From positions 8,269,331 through 8,333,330 of the forward strand of contig NC_092575.1 of the NCBI RefSeq assembly GCF_037975245.1: DNA of 64,000 nt, written 5' to 3'. Of this stretch, positions 62,961 through 64,000 are shown in pieces. Origin of the DNA: Apostichopus japonicus (Eukaryota). Under the pieces are notes generated by a model. It did no database searches. It had not been told where the DNA came from and saw only the letters and a program-made list of their open reading frames with translations. Each line of letters starts with the position of its first letter. Positions within the stretch are counted from its first letter, which is position 1. The position numbers and the translations under genes are program-made.

Positions 62961-64000
62961 AGGTTGTTAACTAAGTACAGTTTAAACTGGTATGACACCT
63001 TGACACCATTGTATTTGATTTGTATTTCTGGCTACAACCACAGTGCCATGGATTTGACTAGAGTACCCTAAAAATTACAGTAGCTTCTTTTTTGAGCCAC
63101 TTATTACCTACTTGAATCATGTCTTCCCAATGAATCAATATTAGGCTAATTGTATCCAGTATTTTGAACATTTGAGTATAACTTTACCAGCTTGCCTTTA
63201 CCTCAACTTTACCTCTTGGCCAATTGGATAAAAATTTCAAGCTCTGAGACCTTAAAGTCCACCATATCGTATAGCTTCCAGGACCCCACGCAGATAATGC
63301 AAAGCATTCTCGCTGACAGGTTAATAAAAATTTCATAGATACTTAATTCAGTAAGGCCTGTTTAATAAGCAAGTCCTGCACTAATACATACAGTTGTGAT
63401 AATACTGTAACTGTTTGTCAGACATAACCAGAAACTATATTTTTACTCACCTCACTACCACAACGTTTACATTGAATGTTTTTCTGTTCTGTGTCATTTC
63501 TCTACTTCTGGAAAGGCGAGGTGCTTTATAACAGGGATTCTGATACGGCAATCATAATCCCTTCTTGATGTGACAAAATCATTCTGAATCAGTTCTGTCT
63601 CATTACAGATAACCTACCTCTTTAATCACAAGCAGTGTAAGTCTTTATTTGTATACTGCTTTTACATTGAAACTTCTTTTAATTCAACCAACAGCAGTTA
63701 TTGTGTATCAATTTTCTGCTTGACTGACGAAATAACTAAAGGAAGCAATAAAGTTACTTATTCGAATTCTATTACCGTATCAAACAAACAATTACAACAT
63801 CAAGGTTCCTTGTAGTAGGTAAACTTTATACAGATGTATCTAAACAAACAAGATGTCCTGTACATAGTGCATGAGCACTGACTTTGGACTTGTTACTGGT
63901 ACTAAAAGTTGTCAAAATGTCAAATATTCATGGTTATAAATACCATCAGAGGATAACACAAACACGTTAGCATCTACTTTGGAAGAGGGGGCTGGAGGGG

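Overview
This window is intron-rich, repeat-dense nuclear DNA from an animal, most likely a marine invertebrate. It is not a prokaryotic locus: exons are short, splice sites are GT...AG and the intergenic space is full of transposable-element debris. Three multi-exon protein-coding genes can be reconstructed by hand from the ORF track plus splice-site reading. (1) On the + strand at 795-12565 lies the 3' part of a mosaic secreted serine protease. It has five LDL-receptor class A modules on symmetric phase-1 exons, one thrombospondin type-1 repeat, and a trypsin-like catalytic domain split over four exons with an intact His/Asp/Ser triad, Asp189 and an R|IIGG activation site. Its 5' end lies upstream of the window. 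(2) On the + strand from at least 21170 to 48417 lies phosphatidylserine decarboxylase (PISD). It has an ~18 kb intron whose exon junction (…DWQ|VTLYR…) matches the human …HWE|VALYK… junction, an LGST autocleavage motif, and a candidate alternative 5' exon at 35731-36042 inside the big intron. (3) On the - strand from 62285 or beyond down to 56281 lies a sulfotransferase-domain gene with a 5'-PSB-like PGSGNTW motif and a K/E-rich stem exon. The remainder is mobile-element debris: three families of hAT-like miniature inverted-repeat elements (MITEs) with 8-bp target-site duplications and a shared GGCGTA terminal motif; a family with terminal inverted repeats (TIRs) and 6-bp target-site duplications (one long copy plus one MITE copy); two truncated non-LTR retrotransposon fragments; two inverted copies of a short repeat whose first ~45 nt copy the 5' end of U2 snRNA; a composite DNA element inside a PISD intron built around a reiterated 14-mer; a foldback element; dispersed ~125-bp satellite-like repeats; and several mini- and microsatellites. 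No rRNA, tRNA or CRISPR features were found. Nothing resembling a novel defence or other 'system' in the prokaryotic sense is present. The most interesting items are the gene architectures and the new-looking MITE and U2-headed repeat families.
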